A stretch of DNA of 64,000 bases from Anthoceros angustus (Eukaryota; Plantae; Anthocerotophyta), in NCBI GenBank assembly GCA_010909165.1, contig MU008153.1:310001-374000 (forward strand). The letters are read 5' to 3'. Of this stretch, positions 1 through 11,571 are shown in pieces. Positions within the stretch are counted from its first letter, which is position 1. The number at the start of each line of letters is the position of its first letter. Under the pieces are notes generated by a model, which made no database searches, was not told the DNA's origin, and saw only the letters and a list, made by a program, of their open reading frames with translations. The translations under genes and the position numbers were made by a program.

Positions 1-278
1 TAAAGGACGTTTCTCATGGACGCTCAACTTGCCCAAGTTTTAACATAATAAGACAAGAAATACACTCCTTGTTGGCTGACACGGGGTATGTTAAGTTCCC
101 TCCTGCAAACCGCCCAAATAAGTCCACACTAACAAATACTCCCTTGATATACATAAAGGGACAAAAGTCTAATCAATAGGGATCTTATCATGTTGGCCAA
201 AGGAACAGCATGGTTCGAGCTCTCTTGTTTTCACTCGCGAAGCACGCGCTCTACTCACACACTCTGCTACTTTGGAAA

Positions 279-479
279 TGCGCTTTAAGGATGATGAGTG
301 CTTGATGGGTGTCAATCAGCTTGCTGATAATCATGCCAGCTTGTGCGCTTTCAAAGACATCCTCAGCGCTTGATGGGCACCATTCAGCTTGCTGGCAATC
401 ATGCGAGCTTGTGCGCTTTCAAAGACATCCTCAGCGCTTGATGGGCTTCATTCAGCTTGTTGGCGATCATGCCAGGTTT
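279..479. repeat. Tandem repeat, ~68-bp unit x3 (first copy diverged)
   Basis: TGCGCTTTCAAAGACATCCTCAGCGCTTGATGGG...TCAGCTTG.TGGC.ATCATGC recurs three times. Confidence 0.8.
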
Positions 480-1189
480 CGGGCTTTTCATAGTTGATGT
501 GAATTCAAGTACGACTGTGATTGAGAATGCATAAGATGGAACCCTCAAAGCTACATCAAAGGCTGTGTCGGATCATTGTTTTAGCAACTTGGTTGTTCGA
601 GCGACTTGAACTGCAGATTTCATGTTCCCAGTGTTATTTGGCTTATACGGAGTGTTTTCTCTGATTCCATTACAATTGGTTATGTTTGAGATTTTAAATT
701 GTTAAAGTTCACAAGTTTACGGTCATGCTGAAGGGGTATTATAACCAAGTCCATAGGGCGAGGTTGTTCTAGGCTGGGTACCCGAATGCATGGCTGTTAT
801 GTCACGTGAAAATGGCGCCTAGACTCGTATATGGCTGTTAGCGCTATCATTGCTTCACGCAGTTTGTGAAAGCCACCTACTCTAGCCCGTTTGCATACGC
901 TCTGGATATATATTTGTAATTATGCATGCTTAGTGAAATAGAGCTGTTTTATTTTCATACTTTTTCCAGTCAAACCTACATAAAAACATCTTGATGCATC
1001 ATGGCAGAGAGCCTTTTTGCTCTTATTTTAAATTAAATCATACCTTCCTATCCTTCTAGACGATTCTTATTTGACTTTTGCAATTTGTTGACTTGTCCTT
1101 AGTGGACTTCTTCATCTTCTTTATCATACTACTTTAAAGTCTATGCCAACACACGCCATCATGCCTATGTATGCATCATGGCTAAATTG

Positions 1190-1550
1190 TTCAAGTTTAC
1201 CGTTTAAGTCGTTTTCTCTTTTCAATATTTCATAGTTCTCTTTCATGCTCATTGCTTAAATCCTTCTATTTCAAGCATACCATTTAAATTCTTCTCTTCC
1301 AAGCTTACGGTTTAAATCCTTCTCTTTCAACCTTACCGTTTAAATCCTTCTCTTTCAAGCTCACCGTTTAAATCGCTCTCTTTCAAGCTTATCATTCAAA
1401 TCCTTCTCTTTCAAGTTCACCGTTTGAATCCTTCTCTTTCAAGTTCACCGTTTGAATCCTTCTCTTTCAAGCTTACCATTGAAATCCTTCACTTTCAAAG
1501 CTACCGTTTAAATCCTTCTCTTTCGCTTTTTACCGTTGAAGTTTCTTTCT
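1190..1550. repeat. Minisatellite, ~28-bp unit (AAGCTTACCGTTTAAATCCTTCTCTTTC), about a dozen copies that degrade outward
   Basis: Head-to-tail units with no spacers. Confidence 0.9.
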
Positions 1551-3454
1551 TTCTTTAATGCTGTACCGTTGTTTGCCAAGTTTTTGTTTAGCCATTCTCT
1601 TTCAATGTTTACGGTTCAATTTTTTGTTCTGCTATGCTTGCCCTTCTCTTTCTATCGTCCCATTTCACTGGTCTCTTTCAATGTCCATCTTTGAATTATT
1701 ACAGCTTCTTATTTTCACCATTTTCTTTCAAGTTTACATTTAGATCACTATTCTTTTTCAATAGTATTGTTTAAGTTTTTTTAATGTTTACAATTATCTT
1801 CTAAGCTTACTATTTATGGTTTTAGTTTTTTCAATAATTATCATTCTCTTTTAAGTTTAATAACTATGTTCTGTTTCAAGTCTACTAGTGATCATATAAT
1901 CGTTCTCTCTCCCTTTTCATTATGGTTTCCATCTTTCTCTTTCCTTAATATACCATTTATGATTATTGTCCATCACCTTTCTATACCCTTCAAGCTCAAC
2001 CCTGATTGCGCAGTTGCTAACCTCAGGACTCCATACACCCACGAATCTATGGACCATCCTTCTTCATAGTTTTTATCATTCTAATTATTTTAATAAAAAA
2101 TAGATCCAAAGCTGTTTATTAGGCGTATGCAAGGGTATTTTCTAAATTGCATCGAGGCTAAAGTTAGTCGAAAGACGTGCGTGGGCTTCACCACAAGAGC
2201 ATGAATCTGGTGAAACCTATGTATGGAGCAAAGAGATGCGAACATTGAGGACATGAACATGGAAAACGGTGGCGAACGCGTAAGCAGACCAAATAGGGCA
2301 CACGGGCATGGACAAGGGGAATAGACGGGAGCAGGAAACGTTGGGCGGTGCTACGGGAGGGGCCCGCCCAAGGCCTAAGGCCCTCCCGGAGCCTACCCCA
2401 TTTCCCATTCCCTTTCCCGCCACACCACGGGTTTGAACTGGAGGTCCCGTTGAAACGGGCGGGCGATCCGTTGTGTGTGGAGGCCGTGGCAGGCAGCATG
2501 TGCCCTGGACAGGGAAATATGGTAGGGGCCGGGCTTTGCCAGGCTAAAAGTTAATGCCCCCCTGGGGCCCGCCACCAGCACATGCTGCCAGCGACTTAAC
2601 CAGCATTTGGATTTTATGTCACGACACGTTCTCACGTGTGATCATATACGCTCAACGCTCCTCTCCGTATGCGGAATCAAATCCTCCCTTGCCTCGCCTT
2701 GCCTTGCCTTCCCTTCCCTTGCCTCCAGCCTGCCTTCAGCATCCTCCCGTCACAACCTTCACTGCAATGAATTTTCTTATTACTCAAACCTGAAAATGAA
2801 GGAATTTCGATAAGAAGTTCTTGGTGCCGGACTCCCTTGTGTGAGTTCTTTTGCGGCCCATCACACAATTTGATCGTAATCCTTGATAGGAGTTTGACCT
2901 ATGTGATTCGTGGACGAGTTCCAAAACCCATCACCCAATTTCATGGTATTCGTGATTGATGGATCACATTGGTCAAACTTCTAAGAGTTAAAAGGCCATT
3001 GATATGAATACGGAAAACCGAAAGCAGGTCTCGCACATGGATCCACCTACGATGTGGGACCGTTGATCTACACATGATGTGTCTGGTAATTGTACATGGT
3101 GTGGAAAGGATGGAAGGCGGAACGCGAAGGGGAAGAGGGATCACCTTTGGTTGCAAGTGACATTCATATGTAACCGGCGAGATTTGGGGGGAATAAGAGT
3201 TAATTAGCAGAGCAAGGGAGGAAGTGTACTTGATGCTACTTGTCAATGATTGGTGAAGACAAGTAGGAAATGGTATTCAAGTCCACTTCATGATTGGCCG
3301 AAGAAGCCCAAGATGCAGTCCCGCCAGCCCGGACCTGCCTGGTTGTGGGGCTGTGTGTGGACCAAGTGGATCATGGGGAATGCTAGGCCAGGAATCCAAC
3401 AACAAGAGGCCAACATTCATGAAAGCCGCAGAGCAAACTAACCGCTAACCTTTG

Positions 3455-3805
3455 TCCCAGGGCCCAGCCAGCCCCATTCGGGCCGGCCTGGAAGAGGCCG
3501 GGCCGTGGAATACAACGGGGTGCAAGTGTTTCAACTTGCAGTGTGGGCATTTTAGCAGTACATACGTACACCAGTGTACGGAATACGTGAAAGATGAATG
3601 CGCATACGTATGTGGATGAGGGACATACAGATAGACAGCCTTTTCGCCTCCCGATGCTTATCGCCAAGCCTGAACAATAATATAAGGATGAGTGGAACCC
3701 ACCAAAAGCCTGCATGCAGTCGCGAGCGGCTTTATATAGCGGCCCGCAACTTGGTCATAAAGCGCAACAAACAAAACAGCGTAAACCCTAGAAAAGCCCT
3801 AAAAA
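3455..3805. promoter_or_regulatory. Possible promoter region with site II-like (GGCCCA) motif and telo-box (AAACCCTA)
   Basis: GGGCCCAG near 3460, AAACCCTAG at 3783-3791, followed by a GC-rich stretch; the associated gene was not identified. Confidence 0.3.
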
Positions 3806-6622
3806 GCAGCCCCACAGCGCGTCATCAAGGACGTCTGAGGCGACGCGGATAAACAAAGCCGAGTCCAAGCCCGGACCCCTGGCGTCGTAAATGTTCACCT
3901 CGCAGCGATGGGCATTTCTCGGAAACGCGAACCCAGGAAAACTGCGTGGCGAAACAGAAACCACGGCCCGGGTGTCGGCGCCCGCTGCGGCCGATATTTC
4001 TCCCGCCTTGCGCCGCGACCGGTCGCGGGGGCGGGCGCGGGCGCGGGCGCGGCTGCGGGCCCGGTCCGCGAGGCAGTGCTTGCCAGACATGCACCAGCAG
4101 AAAAAGGCAAGTGTCTGGCTGGCTGGGGAACTGCGTCCGACAGTGTAGGTGTGTGCACAATGCCACTGTGGATGCTGCCCACAGTCACCTACCTGGCCAT
4201 GCTCAGTCGTGCCTCACGGCACGCACGAGCGTTAAGAGAAGTGGTGGCGGTAATGGCTGGCTTGGCCTGTCTGTCCTGTCCTCTTACCGGGCTGGGGCGA
4301 ACGGATGTCAAGGTCTCGGACAGGCTGCTGTTCAGACTGACCTCATCAACAGCAGGCTGCTGCTGCTGCAAAAGGTGTCCTCGGGCCAGTCCTACTGTTA
4401 ACTGCACATTGCCACAGGGAGGAAGTGCAGAGTTCAGACCATGTGCCTGGAGCCACCACACTTACATGCGACACCACACTTGGGCACTCACTGCAGTCTC
4501 ACGGATGAGGCCAGACCCACACCGTGAAAGTGGCTTGCTACACCTGCAACAGGCCAATCCTGTGAGGAGGAAGGAGGAGGAGGAGGAGGAGGAGGGCTGA
4601 AATCGATGCGGTCAAGGACATGAGGTTAGTGGATCTCAGTTTCTGGATACGGCAGAGTCACCAACATAACCTGCCTGCCATGGCTGAGATTATCGGATCC
4701 AGAATTCAGTAACAAAAGTGGCAGCAGTCTCCAAGTTCAGAGGACTGCTGCTCGGTGGCTGATCTACTGTTGCAAAACCATCCATTAAGCTGCTTCACAG
4801 AACGAAGTCCAGAGAAAAGCAGAATGCCTACACCTAGAAGCATGTCAGCATGTCCGCATGCACATCCTCCAGTCAAATTGAGCAAAGGAACGCAAACAGA
4901 TCTGAAAAACAAGAGACCAGAAGTCGGACAGTTCCAAACCTCCAAAAACCCTGACCTTGGAACCACCAAAAACCCTGACCTATTCCCCACAGATGAGCAT
5001 AAGCCTGTGAATCAACGAGGACAGTGTTGATAATCGGGGGCACTGGATGCTAGACTCTAGCGACGCAGTCTGAAAGGACGGAGGGAGGCATACTCCATCA
5101 CCGATGCTTCCCCGAGCAAGATCGAAGTGCAGCGAAACCACACCAGTCAGCAGTGAATCGAAGGAAAGGAACGCGGGTTTCCGCAAAGCTAGGACTTGGT
5201 GTGAACCCTCCCTGATATCGAGTACCGAGGAATCGCGGTGACCACGGTGGCAGCAGAAATGAAGCAGGATAAGGAAGCCAAGAGCATTTCAGCAAGAAAC
5301 AGCCGCCAAGTCCTAAGACACCATCCAAACCGTCAGATTCCACAAACCTGCTAGGCATTGGCACGTTCGGCCGGCAGATTGGCGCATTGCATGAACTCTG
5401 TCATCGCTGCACATCCACAGGCGCTGTGGTACCAGATGCTATGAGCCACTGTGCCACATCAAGCTTTCGCAACAAACACCGAAAGTTTTCGAAACACGGC
5501 TCGCCCGTCCAACTTCTCGGAATTCGTCGACTTGGAAAGCAGCTCGTCTGCTTCCCTTCGTCGGAGCTAAGTGATTAGGGTTTCGTCAAAACTGTGGCAC
5601 TCCCGATGATGACGACGAGCTCACGATGGAGCTCGGCCGCCTCTCTGTCTGCCCTTCTGTTGCACCAGATAAACCTAGCAGCATGGGTAGGCTGGTCCTG
5701 CAGGAAGTTGGTTCCATTAGCATGCGAGTCCCCCATCAACCTCACCATGTGGTATTGTTTAACAAACTCTGGAGCAATTACCCAGTTTGTGCTTTGCAAG
5801 GCGAATCCAGAAGCTCAGTGACGCACTCAGTCCAGCCCTCGAAACATGGAAAAGCATCAAGGCCGCCACCTCCTATTCGAGTGAGCAGTGTAACGTGAAT
5901 TTTATACGCTCTACAGAGAGGATATCGAAATGGGCAAAGAGCAGCAGGGAGACAGCAACAAGGGAGCTCATCAGACTCTAGACTGAGGTATCTGGGAGTA
6001 CAGCAGACGAGCGTCATGTTGACTACCTGAATCTGTGGGAAAGGACATCATAGACTGCTGGCTAACCGTCAATGCCAACAACAAAGCGGCTTCTATGAAG
6101 GATATCGTGTTCCAAGGTTTGCTGAACGACCTAGCGTAGCAGTGTGTGAGCAGGCAGTCTACGGCCTTCACCAAATAACGTTCGATGAGTTATGGTCACG
6201 CCTGTTCTTCCGTGCATCAACCTTGGAGGCGTAACAGAAACACAACAGAGGAGGTGCACATTCTCCGATCACCTGCATTTGGGAGCCTACTGTGGAGTTA
6301 GGCATTTGATGCGAGCGTTGAAGGCATTAGATGCGAGCGTTGGCCATCACTGTACAGGGCTCCATGCCATACATTTCTCAAGCCCTAAAAGCCATGCTCA
6401 CAAGCAGCTTGCATGTGCTGTGCACAAACAAGTAACAATCGTTGTTGTTGGAAGAATCCATTAAAAGCCAGGCCCGCTACTGAAGCATGAACATGGCTGG
6501 CAGGGGTATAAGCGTCCATGCAAGGACGATCACAAACCAATGTGAGACGGCCTGAAACAGTAAACGTACCTGAGCAAGGTTTAGTGTTTAAGCGTTGCTT
6601 GGTACCTGCTGAGAGATGAGGG

Positions 6623-7423
6623 ATGACGCTGCTTGGAGGAAGGATGTTGAAGCTCCCTGACGCCATGGTTCGGCAAGCGGCAGTTGGGATCCTGGGCAGG
6701 CTGCGTCGCAGTGTGGTCTCCGATCATTGGCATCAGGCGCTGCCTTGCGGTTTCCGGTCGTGGAGTCAGCCAGGGAGGACGCTCAGCTCTGGGGCGGAAA
6801 ATGGAATCAAGGAGTTCGAGGAGGAGATGGCTGCAGTGTTCGGGACGCCCCTGGCGTCTGGATCTCCGCTTTCACACAAGCTGGGGCCGTCAGGTGGAGG
6901 GGAATCACAGTCTGGGTGTCCGGAGCTCGATTCTGGCAACGTACTCTCGCATGTGGATGATGCGGGAAAAGCTGCTATGGTGGATGTGTCGGGGAAGGCA
7001 GAATCCAGGAGAATTGCGGTTGCTTCAGGTAAGGTGATGCTGGGGCAAAAGGCTTTCTCTTTGGTAGCGGCCAATCAGATTGAGAAGGGGGATGTGTTGA
7101 CGGTTGCGAAAATTGCTGGAATCTGCGGTGCCAAGCAGACCAGTCACTTGATTCCCCTGTGTCATAGCATCATGCTGAGTGGTGTGGATGTCACCCTTAC
7201 CCTGGATGACAAGTCGTGCGCTGTTGACATCCGAGCTGAAGCAAGTGCTGTCGGTCCTACTGGTGTGGAAATGGAGGCTTTGACTGCTGTTTCTGTAGCC
7301 AGTCTCACTGTCTATGACATGTGCAAGGCAGTCTCCAAGAATATTCAAGTGTGTAATATTCAGTTGGAGTCTAAGACGGGTGGGAAGAGTGGGAGGTGGC
7401 AAAGGGGAGAGTCAGAGAGGTAG
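6623..7423 (+). CDS. CNX3: Cyclic pyranopterin monophosphate synthase (MoaC family), intronless, with N-terminal organellar-type leader
   Basis: MoaC motifs LSHVDDAGKAAMVDVSGK, KGDVLTVAKIAGICGAKQTSHLIPLCH, TGVEMEALTAVSVASLTVYDMCKAV, LESKTGGKSG; Arg/Ser-rich leader; alternative start ATG 6665 in gccATGG context. Confidence 0.95.
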   Translation: MTLLGGRMLKLPDAMVRQAAVGILGRLRRSVVSDHWHQALPCGFRSWSQPGRTLSSGAENGIKEFEEEMAAVFGTPLASGSPLSHKLGPSGGGESQSGCPELDSGNVLSHVDDAGKAAMVDVSGKAESRRIAVASGKVMLGQKAFSLVAANQIEKGDVLTVAKIAGICGAKQTSHLIPLCHSIMLSGVDVTLTLDDKSCAVDIRAEASAVGPTGVEMEALTAVSVASLTVYDMCKAVSKNIQVCNIQLESKTGGKSGRWQRGESER

Positions 7424-7510
7424 ATATGGGCTGGGGTTAGTAGAAGAACGTTGGGGCCTGGGACATGTCAGGAATCGGGCTCCGCCGCATCACTGTTCTT
7501 ACTTGAGTTG

Positions 7511-9169
7511 ATGACGATTCTACCTCTTCCCATAGTCGCAAAAGATATTCATTGTGGAGTTTATTTTCCTCTGTGGGTTGGTGCAGCCACTGACCGTGGA
7601 CACAACCTTCATCTGAGGTCATTGTGGGGCAGCGTGCCTTCATCTTCTCCTCCAGGGTATTTGCAGTCTGAGCCAGGGATGGTCTTCAGTGGGGCAAGCA
7701 GGAAACTGGCAGTGGAAGCGGGGAGCGAGAAGCATGAAGTTGTCATTGCTTTGGGTGGCAATATAGGTGACCGGGTTCAAAATTTTAGAAAAGCTGTGAA
7801 GATGATGCGAGTTGCTGGCATCGAGATAGCAGGTCATGCTTGCTTGTATGAGAGTGCCCCAGCCTATGTCACAGATCAGCCCAGCTTCCTAAACTCGGCT
7901 GTGAGGGCTTATACCAGGATGGATCCCTATGACTTGCTCAAAGCCCTGAAGAAGATTGAGAATGACATTGGCCGTGTTGAGGGAGGAATCAGGTTTGGTC
8001 CAAGGCCTATCGATTTGGACATTATTTTCTATGGGAATGCCACTGTGTCAACGGACATACTTCAGGTTCCTCACTGCAGATTCTCAGAGCGTCCTTTTGT
8101 TCTGGCCCCACTTGTTGATCTTCTTGATGCTGAATTAGACCGCCAAGGCCATTGGTCTACCCACCCAAGCACAAGTGGTGGCATTTTTCAGCTTTGGAAT
8201 GCTCAGGGTGGTGAAGCACTTGTTGGGAAGGAAGGTCTGAAGCGGGTTATGCCTGTTGGAGACAAGCTTTGGGATTGGTCTCAAAGAACTCACATCATGG
8301 GAATATTAAATATCACTCCAGATAGCTTCAGTGATGGAGGGAAGTACATGTGTGTGGGAGAAGCAGTGGCACACGCACGAGCTATGGCGACCCAAGGTGC
8401 TGATATTATTGATGTGGGTGCCCAGTCAACTCGACCCAATGCCAAGAGACTGTCGACCGAGGAGGAACTTGGACGTCTTATCCCAGTTCTGGAGGAGTTT
8501 AAGAAGTTCCCAGAGTTGGAGGATGTTGCAGTCTCTGTTGACACCTTTGATGCAACGGTGGCCAGGGAGGCTGTCAGTTGTGGGGCAGAAATTATCAATG
8601 ACGTATCAGGGGGATGTATGGATGCGGAGATGTACAAGACAGCGGCTGGATTAGGAGCTGTCTACGTTGCAATGCACATGCGGGGTGATCCTACGACCAT
8701 GCAAAGTGACACTAACCTGAGATATGATAATGTGTGCCAAGATATTGCCAAGGAACTCAGTGAGAGACTGAGAGATGCTCAGTCTGCTGGTATTCCTGCG
8801 TGGTCCATCATAACCGATCCGGGGATTGGGTTTGCCAAGAACCTTTGGCAAGACCTGGAGATTCTCCGAAATTTGCAAACTTTTAGACAGGACCTTTCAC
8901 ACTCGAGCTTGGCGTTCACTCATGCTCCAGTGGTTGTTGGGCCCTCTAGGAAAAAGTTTTTGGGGCGTCTTACTGGTGTCAGCAAGGCTGAGGATCGGGA
9001 CGCAGCCACAATTGGAGCGATTACTGTGGGAGCGGTAAATGGTGCCAATATTGTAAGGGTACACAACGTGGGAGCTGTGAGGGATGCTCTGAAGGTCGTC
9101 GATGCTATTTGCAAAGGCACCTGGTCTGCTGTTGAGAAAGGCGGGCGCCACATCGCAGAGGCGTTGTAG
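7511..9169 (+). CDS. HPPK-DHPS: Bifunctional HPPK-DHPS (folate synthesis; FolK-FolP), intronless; start uncertain (ATG 7511 or 7679, frame open back to 7424)
   Basis: HPPK motifs VVIALGGNIGDR, DQPSFLNSAV, RFGPRPIDLDII, PH..FSERPFVLAPL; DHPS motifs MGILNITPDSFSDGG, IIDVGAQSTRP, SVDTF, IINDVSGG, DPGIGFAK, GPSRKKF, IVRVHNV. Confidence 0.95.
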   Translation: MTILPLPIVAKDIHCGVYFPLWVGAATDRGHNLHLRSLWGSVPSSSPPGYLQSEPGMVFSGASRKLAVEAGSEKHEVVIALGGNIGDRVQNFRKAVKMMRVAGIEIAGHACLYESAPAYVTDQPSFLNSAVRAYTRMDPYDLLKALKKIENDIGRVEGGIRFGPRPIDLDIIFYGNATVSTDILQVPHCRFSERPFVLAPLVDLLDAELDRQGHWSTHPSTSGGIFQLWNAQGGEALVGKEGLKRVMPVGDKLWDWSQRTHIMGILNITPDSFSDGGKYMCVGEAVAHARAMATQGADIIDVGAQSTRPNAKRLSTEEELGRLIPVLEEFKKFPELEDVAVSVDTFDATVAREAVSCGAEIINDVSGGCMDAEMYKTAAGLGAVYVAMHMRGDPTTMQSDTNLRYDNVCQDIAKELSERLRDAQSAGIPAWSIITDPGIGFAKNLWQDLEILRNLQTFRQDLSHSSLAFTHAPVVVGPSRKKFLGRLTGVSKAEDRDAATIGAITVGAVNGANIVRVHNVGAVRDALKVVDAICKGTWSAVEKGGRHIAEAL

Positions 9170-9574
9170 CAGTGGGAATGTACGCAAGTCAAAAAAGCAT
9201 TGTACTTGCCGCAATATCTGGATGAAATGTAGTAGTTTCTTATGTGCCCTCCTGTAGTGCAGAGGAGCCATAGACCTAAGGCTCCCAAGACAACAACAGG
9301 TATCTAGCCGAAAAGATGGCAAGTTGGTTGAAAGCAGTCTGCAGGCCAGAGAAGATCAGGCTCTGGTGTGCACCTGCGGAGACCTGGCTTTTGCTTTCGT
9401 CATGTGGCTTCTGAAGATGCCTTTGGCAGGGTACAAATCCTATGAGAGGGATCGTCGCTTTTGTCAGCTGTCGGCATCTCACTCTCTTTCAAGGCGCAGG
9501 GCATATTTATAATTGGAGGGCATTTGGCATGAGAGGCCGCCGACAACTTGCAGATGTTGCTTGTCGTTCACATG

Positions 9575-11185
9575 TTACACCTGAGTGTTGGTTTCGTTAG
9601 ATATGGCCTGGTGAACCGACATGCCATGCTCATAGCATGGCCTTCCTTTCCCCTACTCCCCTCTCTCTTCGCCGGTTCGATCCCGGAACCGGGCAACCGG
9701 GGACGACGGGAAGTTAATTTAAGCTCCCCATTAGAAGTTTTATAAACCTTATGAAATAATCTTACTAGATACATATCCCCATAACTTAACCTAACGTGAT
9801 TGAGAATTTTTATTACTCTTATGAAATGATCTTACTATATATCCCCATAACTTAACCTACATGCTTGTTTCATTGTGCTCGTACTTAGAGAAAGATTTGC
9901 AAATTCGTTGTAGAGTTCATGAGGATACTATTGGTCTAGGAATGAGTCTTTTCCATTCTTTACTTGTTAGATTGGAGTTGGAAAAGTATTTCTTATAAGC
10001 TTCATGACTATCAGATTAGTTTGGGAAATCAGTGTCTTAACTCTTAGTCATCAAATGGGTTCTAAAAATTTATATTTTAAGTTCAAAATTTAATATTTTT
10101 AAAATTTTTAGATGACTTATAGACACGAGTAGAAGAAGTAGAAGTTGAAGGACATGCAAGCGAAGTTGACGTTAAGATTGCTGCAATTTTGATTGGTCTA
10201 GCCGTAATTTAGAAGATCATAGTTGATCTTCAAAGCTCTTCACAAAGATAATTTGAACACAGAAAAAAGCTTGGTACCTCTGAGGTTCTGCTAAGGTTAA
10301 AGTACCTCTCGGTTTCTGCTTGAAGCCGAAAATCTGAGGGGCAAGGTTTGTTCCGCATGGGGATGTTAGTCAATCATAAGTTTCAATCAGCCATCTTTGC
10401 CCTCTACGAATTAAGTGGGCAATGACAGAATACTGCGCACAGGATGGCGGCGGCTGAGAAATATGCCCTATTCTCCAACACATCAATCTCTTGGGTGTCA
10501 TTAGGCAAAGCCCAAGCGAAGTGACGCTTTGCAGCAGTCTGGCGATGGAGAGCAGCATCAGTCGCATCAAGTACTCGGCTCTGATGCACAACCTCCTCTC
10601 GGTGCCGAAGAGCTCCATTTTCACCGGCCCCTTCACGAGCCCCAACAATGCAGTTCACGTCTTAGTTACTGCAAAGCACGCCCAACAGCACACCTATTTA
10701 CTCAGCTACAAGACGAAAAACGTTGTAAACTGCATTCGCTGCATTGTTATCATATCTATGCCCATTAAATGGGGTTGTGATATAGGCTATAAACTACGTT
10801 GTGAATAATGTTGTAAACTCCATTCACTTTATGGTATGCTATATTATAATACCTATGCATAGTAAATGGAGTTATGATATATGCTATAAACTACGTTGTG
10901 AATAGGCATTGGCTTGGGTGATACTCTCATCCTTCATTTAAGTTGGTTTGTGTTTGAAGGAGAACTTCCGATTAGGGTTGGAAATTTAGGTCGCAATTGA
11001 TACAGGATTACTAGTTATGTATAGGTGTATCGCCGCGGCGGCGACGGAACTTGCATTAGTTCCCCGTCGCCCCGGTCGCCAGGTCGCGGGTTCCCGCGGC
11101 GAAGAGAGAGGGAGGTAGGGGAGAGGAAGGCCATGCTATGCATGGCATCTCGGCATGTCGATACCCACATTTTACGTGTAGCCCT
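9575..11185. repeat. Segment bounded by diverged inverted repeats (core arms ~9631-9727 and ~11047-11141); possible Pack-MULE-like element
   Basis: CATAGCATGGCCTTCCTTTCCCCTACTCCCCTCTCTCTTCGCCG at 9631 matches the reverse complement of 11097-11141 with few mismatches; no TSD found. Confidence 0.55.
9885..10683 (-). pseudogene. Inverted, decayed copy of the last exon and 3' flank of the neighbouring P450
   Basis: 10388-10683 reverse-complements 13313-13597 (LGLVKGPVKMELFGTERRLCIRAEY vs LGLGKGPLKMVPFGTGRRSCVGAEY, with frameshifts); 9885-10345 matches parts of 13634-14438. Confidence 0.9.
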
Positions 11186-11571
11186 TGTTCGTGTGCCTTT
11201 GTTGACAACGTCCATGTGCCCACCTTCCATCTCTCTAAACAGGTGAGTCTGTGACTTCGTGGAGGCACCACGTTCTGTAGTGTAGTATGAATGAACGATC
11301 GACCAATGCCTGGATACTGGGCACCTTCATAACAGGGCCTCTCAAGTTTACAAGGTCGAGGGTAGAAGTCGAGGGTAGAAGAATTCTCTTGTCATCGATC
11401 TCCGTGAAGATTTGACGTCTTAGATGCGGATGGGCGTCTGACGAGGAGCTAATAACATCAGTCTTGAGCTGGATGCACTGTACATCTCGAAAGGCACGGA
11501 GGTCTTAAACCCATAAAGAAGAGGACCTGAGCCTGAGCCTGGGCCATTGCAACACTCTGCATTCGTCTGTC

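Noticed and set aside
1190-1550. 28-bp repeat array as a CRISPR
   Set aside because: Units are contiguous with no unique spacers, there are no cas genes, and the context is eukaryotic.
3908-4600. 230-aa GC-rich ORF
   Set aside because: No recognisable domain, low complexity, and several overlapping frames are open because of GC content.
7420-7676. In-frame CNX3-HPPK-DHPS fusion by splicing from the donor that overlaps the stop codon
   Set aside because: The donor at 7420 is phase 2 and none of the plausible acceptors I checked (7471, 7535, 7586, 7655, 7666, 7676) restores the HPPK frame.
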